A stretch of DNA of 64,000 bases from Octopus vulgaris (GCA_951406725.2 OX597818.1:83762001-83826000); one strand, 5' to 3'; counted from the first letter of the stretch, positions 13,305 to 27,083 are shown. The notes: generated from the sequence alone by a model not told the origin. Program-made: numbers and translations.

Positions 13305-14140
13305 ATCTATATGATAAACTTTTAGAATTTAAATCAATACTAAATAGTATAAACACTAACATTCAATTTGCAATAGAATATAGCAAAGAACATCTCCCTT
13401 TCTTAGATATTCTAATAAAAAGTCAATGACAAAATTGTAAGCCCTTAGAACAAAACTAACTGACAGACACTATCCACCCTCTCTTATAGATGATGGAATT
13501 GAACGTGCCAAGAAAATAGGCATTAAAACACTAAGGGAAATAGATCGAAACCTCATCTTAAAATACTACCGTATATATCAATGAGACATACAACACAATT
13601 GTACAAAATCAACCAATACTCATGAGGGATCCAAAAATGAGCAACATTCTGAAAACACATAAATTTATCAAATGTAACAAGCAATCTAAATCGCTAAAAA
13701 TAGTACTAACAAATGCAAAACTTCACACAACAACCACGAAACCAACGGTTAAATGATGTGGACGTCCTAAATGTGAACCATGCCCCAACCTACTGGAAGG
13801 CTCGGGATTTCATTTCAAACAAGGTGTATAATTAAGACCAACTTCACTTCTGTATACAAGAATCTGATATATGTTATAAACTAGTTCAGGTTGTTGATAT
13901 GAATATATAGAACAGACAAGTATGTCACTTAGATGGAGAACCACACTACATAAGGAACAGATCCGTTTTCCAAGGTATAGACATATACTGTTGATTGAAC
14001 ACAGAAAGATGATCTCCATGTAAATCTTGCAGCTTACCCCACCATCAAGGGCAAAGAAACAATTTCTGTACAAGAACGTTTGAATAAAGAAAATATATTT
14101 ATCAAGAAATACAGAACACGCCTAAATATGAACGCATAAA
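13305..14140 (+). mobile_element. Penelope-like element fossil (Neptune-type RT C-terminus plus GIY-YIG endonuclease)
   Basis: Translates EFKSILNSINTNIQFAIEYSKEHLPFLDILIK (~13325-13420), CGRPKCEPCPNLLEG Cys linker (~13757) and KNLIYVI...EYIEQTSMSLRWRTTLHKEQIR GIY-YIG (~13858-13967). Frameshifted. Confidence 0.85.
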
Positions 14141-14399
14141 CAACTTTGGGTTCAGTATATATTTAAATTAATAATCACGCTTTATTGTAAAATTTCATCT
14201 CACTAAGTTAGCTTATGAGTTTTTGCATGTTTATTTATCCCACCCACAAAACAAGCAATTACGTTCCCTGTCCCGAGTAATAACTATCACCAATTACCTA
14301 CCTTTAGCCTTTTCCATTTGTTGATTTATTCACAAACTTTCATACAAAAGCAGGGAGTAAAATCTTCTTTAGAATATACGAAATTGCAATAATGTCAAT

Positions 14400-14760
14400 G
14401 TCATGATTAGCGAAAGTGAAACCGGTCGACAAGCGCAGTATCCAGACGAATTGCTTCTGGATTATCTTTTTGTCTAAGTCAGAGAATGCTGTCATAATAC
14501 TTGCCTTCAATTCATCTTTGGTGTTGCAATGATTTTGGTCTCTCGCTCCACTGAACTCCACACATATAAAAGCATAACATTGCAATTACTAGTGATCACT
14601 CGAAACACCATGATGCTGACTGGATGATTGATTTTTATCAATTTCGGTACATTTTCTCAGATTGCACTGTCCTGAGATTGAAACCCAAACACACTGAAAT
14701 CTTTGTATGTGAGCTTCCGGTGCGAATGCCAAGCAATACAATGCGTTTTTCCCAAATATA
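14400..14760 (-). mobile_element. Internally deleted IS630-Tc1-mariner transposase fossil
   Basis: Minus-strand pieces KRIVLLGIRTG..KISVCLGFNLRTVQ (HTH), HPVSIMVFRVIT and NHCNTKDELKASIMTAFSDLDKKIIQK (C-terminal Tc1-like region). Confidence 0.6.
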
Positions 14761-14967
14761 TGGCAGGGTGAATAACGCTATGGTAATATTTTTCTCATAA
14801 ACGATGCCCAAGGAACCCTACTGTAACGTGTAGTCGACAAAATCAAGAACAAAGAATGCGCATGAATGAAATGAACATATAAAATGGCGACAACTTACCC
14901 ATCGCATTCTGTATGTATGTATGTATGTATGTATGTATGTATGTATGTATGTATGTGTGAATGTATG

Positions 14968-15021
<54 letters not shown>

Positions 15022-15128
15022 TGTAGGTATGTCTGTGTATATGTGTGTTAAGGTGTTTTTGTGTGTGTATCCTTGTGCGTGTGTTTGTTCTTCATTGGCG
15101 CCTGACAACCGGCGTTGGTGTACTTACG

Positions 15129-15159
<31 letters not shown>

Positions 15160-15297
15160 TCCTCATTCCTTTCTGTTGAAGAGCCTAGGCTCGAAACATA
15201 AATGAATTTTTCTTTTTTACCGAGCGTCAAACTAATTCACTTGCTTCACGTTCACAAACCTGTTTTCGTCTTTTGGTTTTCTTAAAATTTCAACTAT
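15160..15297 (+). mobile_element. Solo PLE terminal-repeat fragment with a minimal hammerhead-like motif
   Basis: ttt-CTGTTGA-A-GAGC-CTAG-GCTC-GAAAC-ATAAA at 15170-15202. Homologous to 28655-28790 and 47788-47935; (TA)n on both sides. Confidence 0.7.
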
Positions 15298-15339
15298 ATA
15301 TATAGATGTGTGTGAGTGTGCGTGTGCGTGTGCGACCGC

Positions 15340-17110
15340 GCAAGCCACATATCATAATGAATTAAATAAACTCAATAATATAAGAAACCTGAAAAAATTG
15401 ATAAGGCGGCATATAGAAAACGCACATATTAAACAAGGGAAAACGAAAAACAGAAAGAAAAAAACAGGATCTAAAATGCAAACAATTAAACGTAAAAAGG
15501 TTAAAGGGCTATCTTCCTTAGACTTTATACGCTAAGTCTGGATATATATCAACTCATTTAGAAATAGAGAAACTATTCTTCAAAATATATTCATACATAT
15601 TTATGCAACCACTGAAAATTTCTGACCTGGAATTCACTAGAGTTAAGGATCTTAGATCTATATCTCAATGTGTTTGCTATAAATAAACCTACAATATTAA
15701 ACACATTGTGATATAGATACCCATCTCATGACGTTGTCCAATACCGTGACGAGGGTTTGGACATTTCCCATGGTCATACTGTTGATAGATTTAGGAAACA
15801 ATTCATTTCTGCTTTTAATCAACTAAGGCTTAAAATAAAAGTTTCTACTAATCTCTATATAGAGATGTTTCCTTAGATTTAAACTCCTCCTCGTATAAAC
15901 CTTTTCATAAGCCTAATGGGAAACTCGCATATATACAAAAGCAGTCTTGTCACATTCCTTTAATATTTAAAAGCCTGATAGCTAATATTAATAACACAGT
16001 GTCTAACCTCTCTTCTTCGAAAAAAATTTTCGGGAAAGCTGCCCCCTGTTATAACAAGTCCATAGCAAATAATGGCTTCAAAGATAAATAAATAAATAAT
16101 CCATCTCATAATAATCAAAATATTTACAATAGATCTAGTGGCGTTAAAGAGTAGTACATAACCACTCTAGTGTGAATCAAGATGAAATGAAACCTAAACA
16201 TAGACCAAGGAAAATTGTTTCGCCCTCACTCTTTTTCCCCTAATATAAAAGCTAAAAGATTCCTGTTTCTCCTAGACAAACACTTTCCTATCACTCACAG
16301 ATCCAAGAAAATATTTAATAGGTGATCTGCTACCCCAATATAAAGAGTATCATTACACGTGGTCAGTACCAAGAGCTTCACTCCATTTGCATCCCTCGCA
16401 ACCCAGGATCCTGTCCACTTGACTTACGATGTATGATTAAATCTATCATATGTAAGGCAGAAGTTACTTCAAGCCTAAATGATACAACTGATGAGAAGGC
16501 CTATGTGAAGATAAATTTTAAAACAGTTATGCTAATCACATATCTTCCTTCCGAGATGGGTACAATAGTGAAAATATTAAGTTGGCTAGCTATGTATGAA
16601 CTTTGAAAGATAACGAAACACTGCATGTGACTAAATGGAAAGTAATTGAAAAACACCATATGTGAATGGATCGAATAGATGTCGGCTTTGTTTGGCTGAA
16701 AGTATGTAGATCCTGTTCAAATATACGTTCCTAACTCTCTATTGATCTCTAGGGAAGACATTTTCAGCATTTGTATCAACATGTATAAACATATTTTGAA
16801 GAATTGGAAAACTCCACCTATTCCTGACTAACTTGATATCTTTTCAGCTTTATCATTTAAAATCTAAGGAAGATAGCTCTGTTCCCTTTTTTATTCTTAC
16901 TTTCAAATTTTAGTTTCTGTTCTTCGTTTTCCGTTCTTTACTGTCAGCGTTTTCTATAAGCTGTCTTTTCAGTTGTTTTTCTGTTTCCTCTATAATTCAA
17001 TTTCTTTAGTTCGTTATGATATGTGATTTGCTCCTGAAGAATATGTTTGAGTTTTCACAGCATATAAAGCTATTGGTAGCAGTTTAATACGAGTTATGAT
17101 ATTTAAATAA
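15340..17110 (+). mobile_element. Penelope-like element (YRDDG / Naiad-like), 5'-truncated with an inverted 5' copy of its 3' region
   Basis: YRDEGL RT motif at 15742, SYKPFHKPNGKLAYIQKQSCH thumb, FLLDKHFP..HRSKKIFNR, and CIPRNPGSCPLDLRCMIKSIICKAEV endonuclease (ORF 16322-16606). 15340-15620 is a diverged reverse complement of 16760-17031. Hammerhead-like motif at 17030-17082. Confidence 0.85.
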
Positions 17111-17118
17111 ATAATATG

Positions 17119-17149
<31 letters not shown>

Positions 17150-17197
17150 GGAGAGAGAGAGAGAGACATATATATATGTGTGTGTATATAATATAGG

Positions 17198-17243
<46 letters not shown>

Positions 17244-17411
17244 TGTTACATTTCGTGTTTGATTTCATGTCGAGTTATAATAAAGACAATTTGGTATTTA
17301 ACCGAAGAACTAATATTTTGTGGGACATATATCTTATATATTTATATAACAAAGGAAATAGACGTCTTTCTTCTCGTAGCAGTATATTTACATACACATA
17401 AATATACATAT

Positions 17412-17461
<50 letters not shown>

Positions 17462-17888
17462 TTTATATGCAGAATTGTATGTACACATACACGTACACAC
17501 ACATCCACACATATGCATATTCAGTCAACCTAAGTGATTTGTTGCTTTAATGTAACTTATTCTATTATTCCTAAATGTAAGTTCCTTGTTTCTACTTGTT
17601 TCTCATCATGAACGTTCACTTCAACAGGTGTTCGCACGAACGAACAGGAATGCCTGCACATCTTAAAACGCAAGAATGTATGGGCGTGCATACGTTCGTA
17701 AATACGAGAATATATGGTTGGAGTCAAGTATGAATATCAACTTCAAACGCGAAAAAGACATCGGAAATGGTAATTGAAAATATGTGTGTGTGTGTGTGAG
17801 TGCATGTATGTGAGTGTGTGTGTGTATATATATATATATGCTTGAATATGTGTATTTAAATATATACATATATATATACACACATACG

Positions 17889-17944
<56 letters not shown>

Positions 17945-18041
17945 CCTACACTTTTGCATATATATATTTACATATTTATACAAACATATATAAGCATGGA
18001 TGTATATATACATAAGCATATGTGTAGATATATGTGTAGAG

Positions 18042-18088
<47 letters not shown>

Positions 18089-19480
18089 ATGTATCTGTGT
18101 ATGTGCGTGTGTGTGTGTCTGTGTGTGTGCGTGTGTATGTGTATTTATGGTTATATATATATATATGTGTATACATACATGCATACACACACACATATAT
18201 ACATATATTGACATTAATATTATGGGCATATGTATAAACACGTAAACGCCCACCTATATATCCATGTACCTTAAGATCACAGGCATGTAACCATGGTGTC
18301 TCTTATGCGTATGTTTATGTGTGTTTATATCTGCGAATGTGCATATCCTATATATATATATATCCAAGTCTCTGCATGCTGGTCTCTGCTTAGCTTTGAC
18401 GTTTTCCAATGTTTTATCTACTCGTGAAACTAAATTCTTATCTATGAGAATTCATTGTCTCTTCCGTGTGTGGACGTGTGCGTATATGGATGTGCGTACA
18501 TGTGTACGTACGAGCAAGAAGTATTGCCTGCGCAACTGGATATGTGCTATTACGCAAGCAAGCAGATACATGCATATCAACATTTGCGTTCACATCTTAC
18601 AAGCATATCCTGATAGATGCGCACGTTATATGAATATCTACAACCTGGATTTTGAATACATTTTTCCCTATATACCCAAATACCTACATGCACATGTGTG
18701 TCAAACAACAGTGGAAAACGTCAAAGCTAAGTTTCAAAGTAATTTTATACCATTAATTCGGAGCTTAAAATCTAATATTGAATATTTCTCCCTGTACTAT
18801 TTCTCTTCTTTCCTTACACAAGTCAGCATGCCTCTCTCGACTATCTTTTTCATATAACCGCAGTGCTATGCAATTAATTATTAAGCAGACAAACATTGTT
18901 CACGCTACTTTATTACAACATTCTCCATATTAATATAGCCTCCATTAAATTTATCATATTCTCTATATTAATATAACTTCATATACGTCAAAACTCTTTC
19001 TCTACCTCATAACCTTTGTAACAATTAGTCCATTTTGTTTTGTCTTCTTTTTCGCTGATTGCTTAATATAATATGGATTACTTTAATCATCTCTTTTTTT
19101 CTTCTGTTAATATAACTTCAATGGAATTCATCAAATATCCAAAATGGCAAAAGCCTTGTCTTCGGAATCTTTTTACTCGTTTATCTCCAAACGTCAAATA
19201 TTACTCAGATTTATATGTTACGCTGTCTTCTCATTACTGATCAAGAACAATTTAATCATCCACAAAGATCCTACTTCATCGAGTATCTTCAAACAGGCAT
19301 AGGATAAAAGAGACAGTTAATCTCTCTTTCTGATTTCTATCAAAACCAGGAAAAATACGCAAGCATTTACCTTTTGACAATTCTGAAATATGTTTCATGA
19401 ATAATATATCTCGTTTATATTTTAACTTTTATCTTGCATGTATTTCAGTCATTAAACTGAGGTGAAGATGGTGCACCGCC

Positions 19481-19975
19481 TTGGCAGACACGCGTCTAAT
19501 ACTCAGACCTTCAGTGATAATGGACTGAAGTAAACAGTAACTAACCTGTATATCCTCTGATAACTCACGGATAGTGATTCGACGATTTTCCCCACACAGC
19601 TGTACGCACAACCGCGATGTTTTTCTCAGTTCTGCTGTTTGCGGGTCTCCCAGGACGTTCGTCAATATCAACATTTTTACGGCCATGCTGGAAACGTCTG
19701 AACCACTCGTACATTTGTGTGCGGCTCATACACGCCTCTCCATACAATTTCTACAACTTTGCGTAAGCCTCTGAGCAGGTATCCTCACGAAGACTTCGTC
19801 ATGATCAATGCGACGTTCACATGCTACACACCTGAATTTCAAGCACTGCTGTAAACAGCAGAAGTGAGCTACAACATTAAAACTTAGTGTGCATTCACAG
19901 CAGTGTACAAGGTCAATGTGTGCTAAACGAGTTCACTCTGTGTGCTTTAGCTTCGTTATTATGATAAATTCCGCG
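19481..19975 (-). mobile_element. Mariner transposase 5' fragment (frameshifted)
   Basis: YGEACMSRTQMYEWFRRFQHGRKNVDIDERPGRP (HTH_48-like) continuing as ENRRITIRELSEDIQVSY..LQSIITEGLSIRRVSAK in ORFs 19565-19747 and 19429-19686. Confidence 0.9.
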
Positions 19976-20310
19976 TATATATTATTATGACAAATTCCGG
20001 ATATATATGACTTTAATATATATCTATATATATATTTGGTGTTCCTTGTAAAAGTGTTCTTTTATCAAACCGAATCATGTTTATCTTCACACTACTACCC
20101 TCCCTCCCTCACACTCACACACACACACTCACATACGCACTCTCTGTCGCTCTGGCCGAAATACAATTAATATAATATAAAATAAAGCTGAAGCAAGTGA
20201 ACACCAAATATATAGTGCGTGTGTTTTTATTGGCTAAACTGGCAACATTACCATCCCCAAATACAACAATATAGACATATATGTATATAGACATATATAT
20301 ATTTATATAT

Positions 20311-20358
<48 letters not shown>

Positions 20359-20787
20359 TTATATATATGTGTGTGTGTATTTTCAGATATATATATATAT
20401 GTATATACACTCACGGATTAGTGTCTATTCACACTGACACACATAGAAAGAAAACTCCAGAAGTAGAAATCTGGTGAGGCCAGTGAGTATTCATCGATTC
20501 ATTACGTTCTGTTAAAGAAAAAAAACTCATCATATCCAGCAAGCAAGTGGACAAACGCTATATTGATTGTGAAATAATCAATTTGATGACACCAACAAGA
20601 GAGTCCTTGTGTTAATGGGAACAATGAAAGTACGAATGCCTTCCTCGACAGATGCAACAATACTCATGCGTCAAAACACACACACACACACACACACACA
20701 GAGAATTACATAGATACAAGAAGCATGTATAAAGCAGTTCACATTTGTTTATTAAAAGAAACTATGGGCACTACAGCGATTGCGCAT

Positions 20788-20845
<58 letters not shown>

Positions 20846-20944
20846 ATATGGGTATGTATATATATGTGTGTGTGTGTATATATATATATTTATAATTGTG
20901 TGTATGTATATATGTATACATGTGTGTGTATGTATAGATATAGA

Positions 20945-20980
<36 letters not shown>

Positions 20981-21938
20981 CGTATAGACACACGCACACA
21001 CTCACATACTTACAAATATCTTTATATTTACATACGTTCAAATTGTTGATACGCACGTATATATCAGCATACGCATGCACGCACACGCACGTATATACAC
21101 ATACATGTATGTATAAATTCATTTAAACCTAGATTATACATGATTCATGCATATTTTTATACATCGGTCTACTCATACATAAAAAAATAATCTGATGTAC
21201 TCACACACATAGACACCAGCAACCACAACTAAACACACACATACATACAAACTCAATCAGAGACACATATATATACATGTATGTGTCTATATCTGTATGT
21301 ATGTATGTATGTATGTGTGTATGTATGTATGTATGTATGTATGTATGAATGTATGTATACACACTTATATACACATAAACGTAATACATATGCACGCATA
21401 TATATCTTTGTGCGCGAACATTCTTTCTCTAAATCCTTGGTGATTGTTGAGTGTAGATGTGACGCTTTATGTTCAACCATCCGAGCGTGAGTGGCTTTTT
21501 GTCTCGATTCATAAAAGAGACATTAGCCGATCACCAATGAAACTGAATACGCTCATTGTTATGTACCTACTGCGGGAAGTCCCTTGGTTAATGAGACAAC
21601 AGCCAAAGTATTCCTCATAAATAAATACATAAATACATACATACATACATACATACATACATACATAGACATGCATGACAATCATACAACATATACATTT
21701 GTACTTTTATATATATATACACACATATATATATTTACATATGTATGTTTATATATATATATATATAATATGTATACCGATATATATATATATTCATACA
21801 CACACACTAGTATACATAAAATTTACAGATACAAACAGGTAGAGCGTATATATGCACGCATACATTTATACATATATTAATATATGTATGTAAATATGTA
21901 TATATGAACATATATACCTACATATATATAGGCATATG

Positions 21939-21969
<31 letters not shown>

Positions 21970-22404
21970 ATATTCATATTTGTGTATATATACATACATG
22001 TATATATACATATATGTATGTATATATATATGTATACTTACACTTATATAGATATATACATACATACATACATACATACATACTCATATATTCGTACAGA
22101 ATTACAATGGTATATCAATATATGTTTTGCAATGTCCCACAAGATCACTGACATGTATAACAAGAACGAGAAAAACGACAACAACAACTGCAAGGAGAAC
22201 AATAGCATTACTTCTCGAATTAAGTATTCTCGTGTTGGGACCATTTATTTCAATCAATATATTCATTGATTTTTGTCTGTCCTTACCACATCCTTCCTTC
22301 TGCACCACGTCATAATCCCGATTTTCATTTTTACCTCTTTCACACTCCCTCCTCTGAAGTGTGTACGTGTGTGTGTATGTGTGTGTGTAGGTGTGTGAGT
22401 ATGT

Positions 22405-22478
<74 letters not shown>

Positions 22479-22783
22479 CAAACCTTTGTCTCTTTATAAC
22501 GAACACGAACATGATAGAGGATTACCTGTTGTAAAACAGATTGCTTCCTTACATCGCCAACCCTACCGCTACAATTCATACCTGCTTATTATAATCGACA
22601 AAAGCAAAACAGTTTCTCACATGAGCAACAGACAGGCAAACCATTGTTAGTTACTACGTCAAATAGAACAAAAAAAAACAACAAAATAAGCAGAAATAAA
22701 AACAATAATTTGAACAACATAATACATACAAATGTACATATAGTCATATATACACCTACATGATATACTTATATATACATCAC

Positions 22784-22847
<64 letters not shown>

Positions 22848-23616
22848 ATATATACATGCATACATATATATAAAGAGAAAGAGAGGATCTAGTAGCACAA
22901 TGATTGCTGACGAATATATGAATGACTCAAAGTATTCGCTTTAAAATAATCATGATCGTTTGATGGGGTTCTTGTTTTGTACACGTGCGTGCGCGTATGT
23001 GAATGTGTGCACGCGCACGTGTTTTTATAGTCAGTTCTGCAAAGTTTAATCCACCGTATCAGACTTATGCATGTTCAATGTCCAGTCCTGATCGATCATA
23101 CCATCTTTTTTTTTTTTTTTCCTGCAAATAGCACTTATAGTTGCACGTGTAAAACAGTTCCCTTCATAAGCCACAGGTTGCTAGTTTGTTTTCCCCATTG
23201 CGGTAGCTTTGCAAAGTGTCCAGTTGTTCAACACTGCAATTGCTGTTGAAGCCATCTAGCTGCATTTTTTTGAAGCAGTGTGATAGTTATTCCACATTTA
23301 GATAAGGTAAGTTAACTGAATATAGGAAGGTATATGATGTATCATGCTTGACGAAGACAATTTGCAAACTGTTATGGGAGAATTCTGAACACATGCACAT
23401 GATTGGAAGTTGCCTAACCGATTACAATAAATAAGAATTGATCCATCACTGCTTCAACGTCAAAGTGATAGAAGACGGTGTTAGTTTGACCGTCTTGGTT
23501 AACCCGTGTTAGACGTTTGTTGGTTTAACCGTCTGCAGCTGAACAGTGAATACTGAGTATCGTACCTACGTTTGAATAGTGTGGAGTGCGTTCGGTATTA
23601 ACATATACTCTGCAAT

Positions 23617-23998
23617 GGAAGCACTCCGTCGGTTACGACGATGAGGGTTCCGGTTGATCCGATCAACGGAACAGCCTGCTCCTGAAATTAACGTGTAAGT
23701 GGCTGAGCACTCCACAGACACGTGTACCCTTAACGCAGTTCTCGGGGATATTCAGCGTGACACAGAGAGTGACAAGGCCGGCCCTTTGAAATACAGGTAC
23801 AACAGAAACAGGAAGTAAGTGTGAGAGAAAGTTGTGGTGAAAGAGTACAGCAGGGATCACCACCATCCCTGCCGGAGCATCGTGGAGCTTTAGGTGTTTT
23901 CGCTCAATAAACACTCACAACGCCCGGTCTGGGAATCGAAACCGAGATCTTACGACCGCGAGTCCGCTGCCCTAACCACTGGGCCATTGCGCCTCCAC
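23617..23998 (-). mobile_element. Full-length young tRNA-derived SINE family C with a 10-bp TSD
   Basis: Head ggaggcgcaatggcccagtggttagggcagcggactcgcggtcgtaagatctcggtttcgattccc with A/B boxes. Direct repeat ACTCTGCAAT at 23607-23616 and 23999-24008. Confidence 0.9.
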
Positions 23999-24140
23999 AC
24001 TCTGCAATAGGCTGTTTTTAGATAACTTCAACTACGTATTTGTGTAATTCTAATTTACACCAAACGTGTAGACCCATGCCATAACACAAACTGGATTACA
24101 TGTTGGACTAATTCAACTACGTAATTCACTTAGCATGGAA

Positions 24141-25033
24141 TACGGGGTGGTATCAAGATTTTCCCGTACTAGTTTTGTAGCGCATTAACAGCCATCAGCT
24201 CTCAGCTGCAAGGGCAGTGAGAGCTAGCAGTGACCTTCATGAGGTAGTGCGCCGAGTGAAATCGCTGTATTTACTTAGCAAATTGTGAAATTTGTATTTT
24301 CGGTATCACGTGTACTGTAGTCTGGGTTTTTATCATTGACAAGAACAAAGAGCCAACGTGAAATTTTGCATTAAACTTGGGAAGTCTGCTACAAAAACAT
24401 TGAACATTCTTTGGCAAGCTAACGGCGACGCAATAATTCTTGAAGCGCAGACGCTTCAAAAACGGAAGAAACCCCTTTGAAGACGATGAGCAATTTGAAA
24501 GAACTACCACGAGTGACACCCCCAAAAATGTGGTATTGCGCATCGAGAATTCGTCCCCGTGGGCCAGATTGTCAATCAAAAGTTGTATTGCGATGTTTTA
24601 AAGCGCATAAGGAAAGACACTGGGTGAAATTGACCGGATCTGTGGTGGGAGGTAAATTGGATTCTTCACGTCTACAATGCACCCTGTCACCGAGATCTCC
24701 TAAACCGGGAGATTTTCGCCAATGTGATATTGCCTCCATACCCGCCCTATTCACCAGATTTAGCACCTGCAAACTTTCGTCTCTTCCCCAAGATGAAAAT
24801 GTTGCTCAAAAGTTTATGTTTTAACACCGTTGTCGAAATCCAGAACGAATCGCAGAATGTTACCAACTCGCTTACGGAAAATGACTTCCAGGCCGGTTTC
24901 CAAAAGTGGCAGGAGATGGGACCGGTATATTGCTGCGCAATATATCTATTTCGAAGGAGATGAGGTTAAAACTTAGGAAAATTATTTTCTATTAAACATA
25001 ACTAGTCCGGAAACCTTTAGATACGACTTTGTA
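24141..25033 (+). mobile_element. Internally deleted mariner element with TIRs and TA target sites
   Basis: TA-cggggtggtatcaagattttcccgtactagtt ... aactagtccggaaacctttagatacgactttg-TA. ORF 24724-24963 contains PYSPDLAPANFRLFPKMK (mariner YSPDLAP motif). Confidence 0.9.
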
Positions 25034-26838
25034 ATTTCGAATGTTCAGCTGTGTTAATTTGTACCTACTTATTTTCATTGGTAGACATTCTTCATTTTTA
25101 TATAACAAAATCTTGAATGGTTATGTGTAACACTCAAGTAGTTCTTGACACGGATCTCCTCGAATCATATTCTCAAATAGCAAAAAACGATAATTTCCCA
25201 TTCTCATGTCAAGACATTGTTATTGTTGATAATAATTTCAAATTATTTGTTGTATTTTAGGAATACATTCAGCTTCCCTTTTTCCGTTTGCAGCGTAGAT
25301 TTAAAGATAAATGTCATTTCGTCTCATTCAAATGCGAAAGAAACTAAGCCAGTCATATTCAACTCAAGATTTAAGAAGTCAAATTGTATTTATGTGATTA
25401 TAAATTCAGCATTTCCTTGTGACAGTACCATTTTGAGGAAATCTGAGCTAAAGTTTTCTAATTTAACCCATTTTAATCGACCACTTAGGAGCGGAATTCA
25501 GAAGACGGAAGCTATACGTAAACATATGTTTGCATAAAAGTTTTCCCGAAGATTTATTATTTTTTCGTTGATGAGACTTATATAAAATAGAAACTATGTA
25601 TTGTGGTTTACCTCAAAATATCTCACTATTCATTCAAGCAGTTTGGGTTAAAATGATAGAAGACTGTTTTGCTAATGATATTCCAAGCAACACTGGAATA
25701 GTGCTCAAGTTTGTGATATAACTAGGTGCCACAAAAAGATATGGAGGGAACCTCGAAATTGTGTACTACATTTATTGCATTCAATAAGAACTTAAATCAT
25801 TTTCTGATTTTTGACATATGTATATCTATATATAGTAATGCTTGTATGCCAACATATCGTGGCAGTCCTGTAAAGGAAAGCATTTTTTGAAGCTGGCTAA
25901 TGACACACCGTGTGTGCCCGTATATAGCATTTGCAAGTAGGTCACCGCTCCCATCTTTAGCCGTACGTGATACTCACAGACCTAGGTTTCTGGATGTTAT
26001 CCGTCCTCAGCGTGAGACAATCGCCAGCTAGTGACGAAAGCTATCTCCACTCGCAAATACTGTATATTCTTTAAGCGACGCACAGTCGCTGATATCGTAT
26101 CAAGAAAAACAACATGTTTTAAATCACTGAACGATAAAAATACAGTAATATTACCGGATAGTAATGTTTATATCCCAACATAAAGTGACAGTCCAGTAAA
26201 GGACGATGTTACTCTTGTTCTAGCCCTTTGAAAACATCTTTTTTAGCTGGCTAACAACACACAGGATGTGTCTGTATATAAAGTGCCTTCAAATAACCGA
26301 AAATGCAAAGCAAACACCCAAATACCCAAGTATATTTTATTAAAAACAGTAATTAAAATGTAAAGTATAGAAGCCATCTTATCATGGCTAACCACATTGG
26401 GGGGGGGGGGGTTACTGTAGCTTTATAGCCCCAAGATATCTTCGTCTCTAGCTGGCTTTAGACACAATATCAGTATCCTTGGAGTATTTGCAAAGGGAGT
26501 AATTAAAAGTTCTGTTTAAAAGTATTATTTTGGAACTTTGCTTAAACAGTAACGCAATCTCATGACTTCGCTGGCAAAGGGGTTTATGACATTCATTACC
26601 ACGAAAACCAGAAAAAAAGAAGAAAAAGCGTGGGCTTCATGCAGCCGTTTTTGCACGTCATTCACAAAGGTTTTCGCGAAAGAAAATAAAGATAGGCGTT
26701 TTGTTGAGGTGTTCATTTCCTATTTTAAAACATATTCAAAAGTCGATATTGATTAAAGAAAATAAAGCTAAGTTTACCATCTGATGATCGGAAACGAGTA
26801 ACTCTGAATTGTGAAAATCGGAGCATATCGTTTATAAC

Positions 26839-26840
<2 letters not shown>

Positions 26841-26931
<91 letters not shown>

Positions 26932-26938
26932 TAATAAC

Positions 26939-26970
<32 letters not shown>

Positions 26971-27015
26971 CAATAATAATAATATTAATAATAATAATAA
27001 TAATAGTAGTAATAG

Positions 27016-27083
<68 letters not shown>
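26841..27083 (+). repeat. (AAT)n microsatellite, ~240 bp
   Basis: Direct reading of the sequence. Confidence 0.95.

Noticed and set aside
18321-18857. 178-aa ORF
   Set aside because: Low-complexity, decayed-microsatellite-like composition, non-ATG start and no recognisable motif.
23130-23306. Apparent exon between a poly-T acceptor and an AAG/gtaagt donor
   Set aside because: All three frames contain stops; a non-coding exon cannot be supported from sequence alone.
25860-26485. CRISPR-like repeat-spacer array
   Set aside because: Units are long and divergent, spacers are irregular, the context is eukaryotic and no cas genes are present.
26781-26801. CTGATGA-TCG-GAAAC-GA-GTA hammerhead-like string
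   Set aside because: There is no room for stem II and the flanks cannot form stem I; probably chance.
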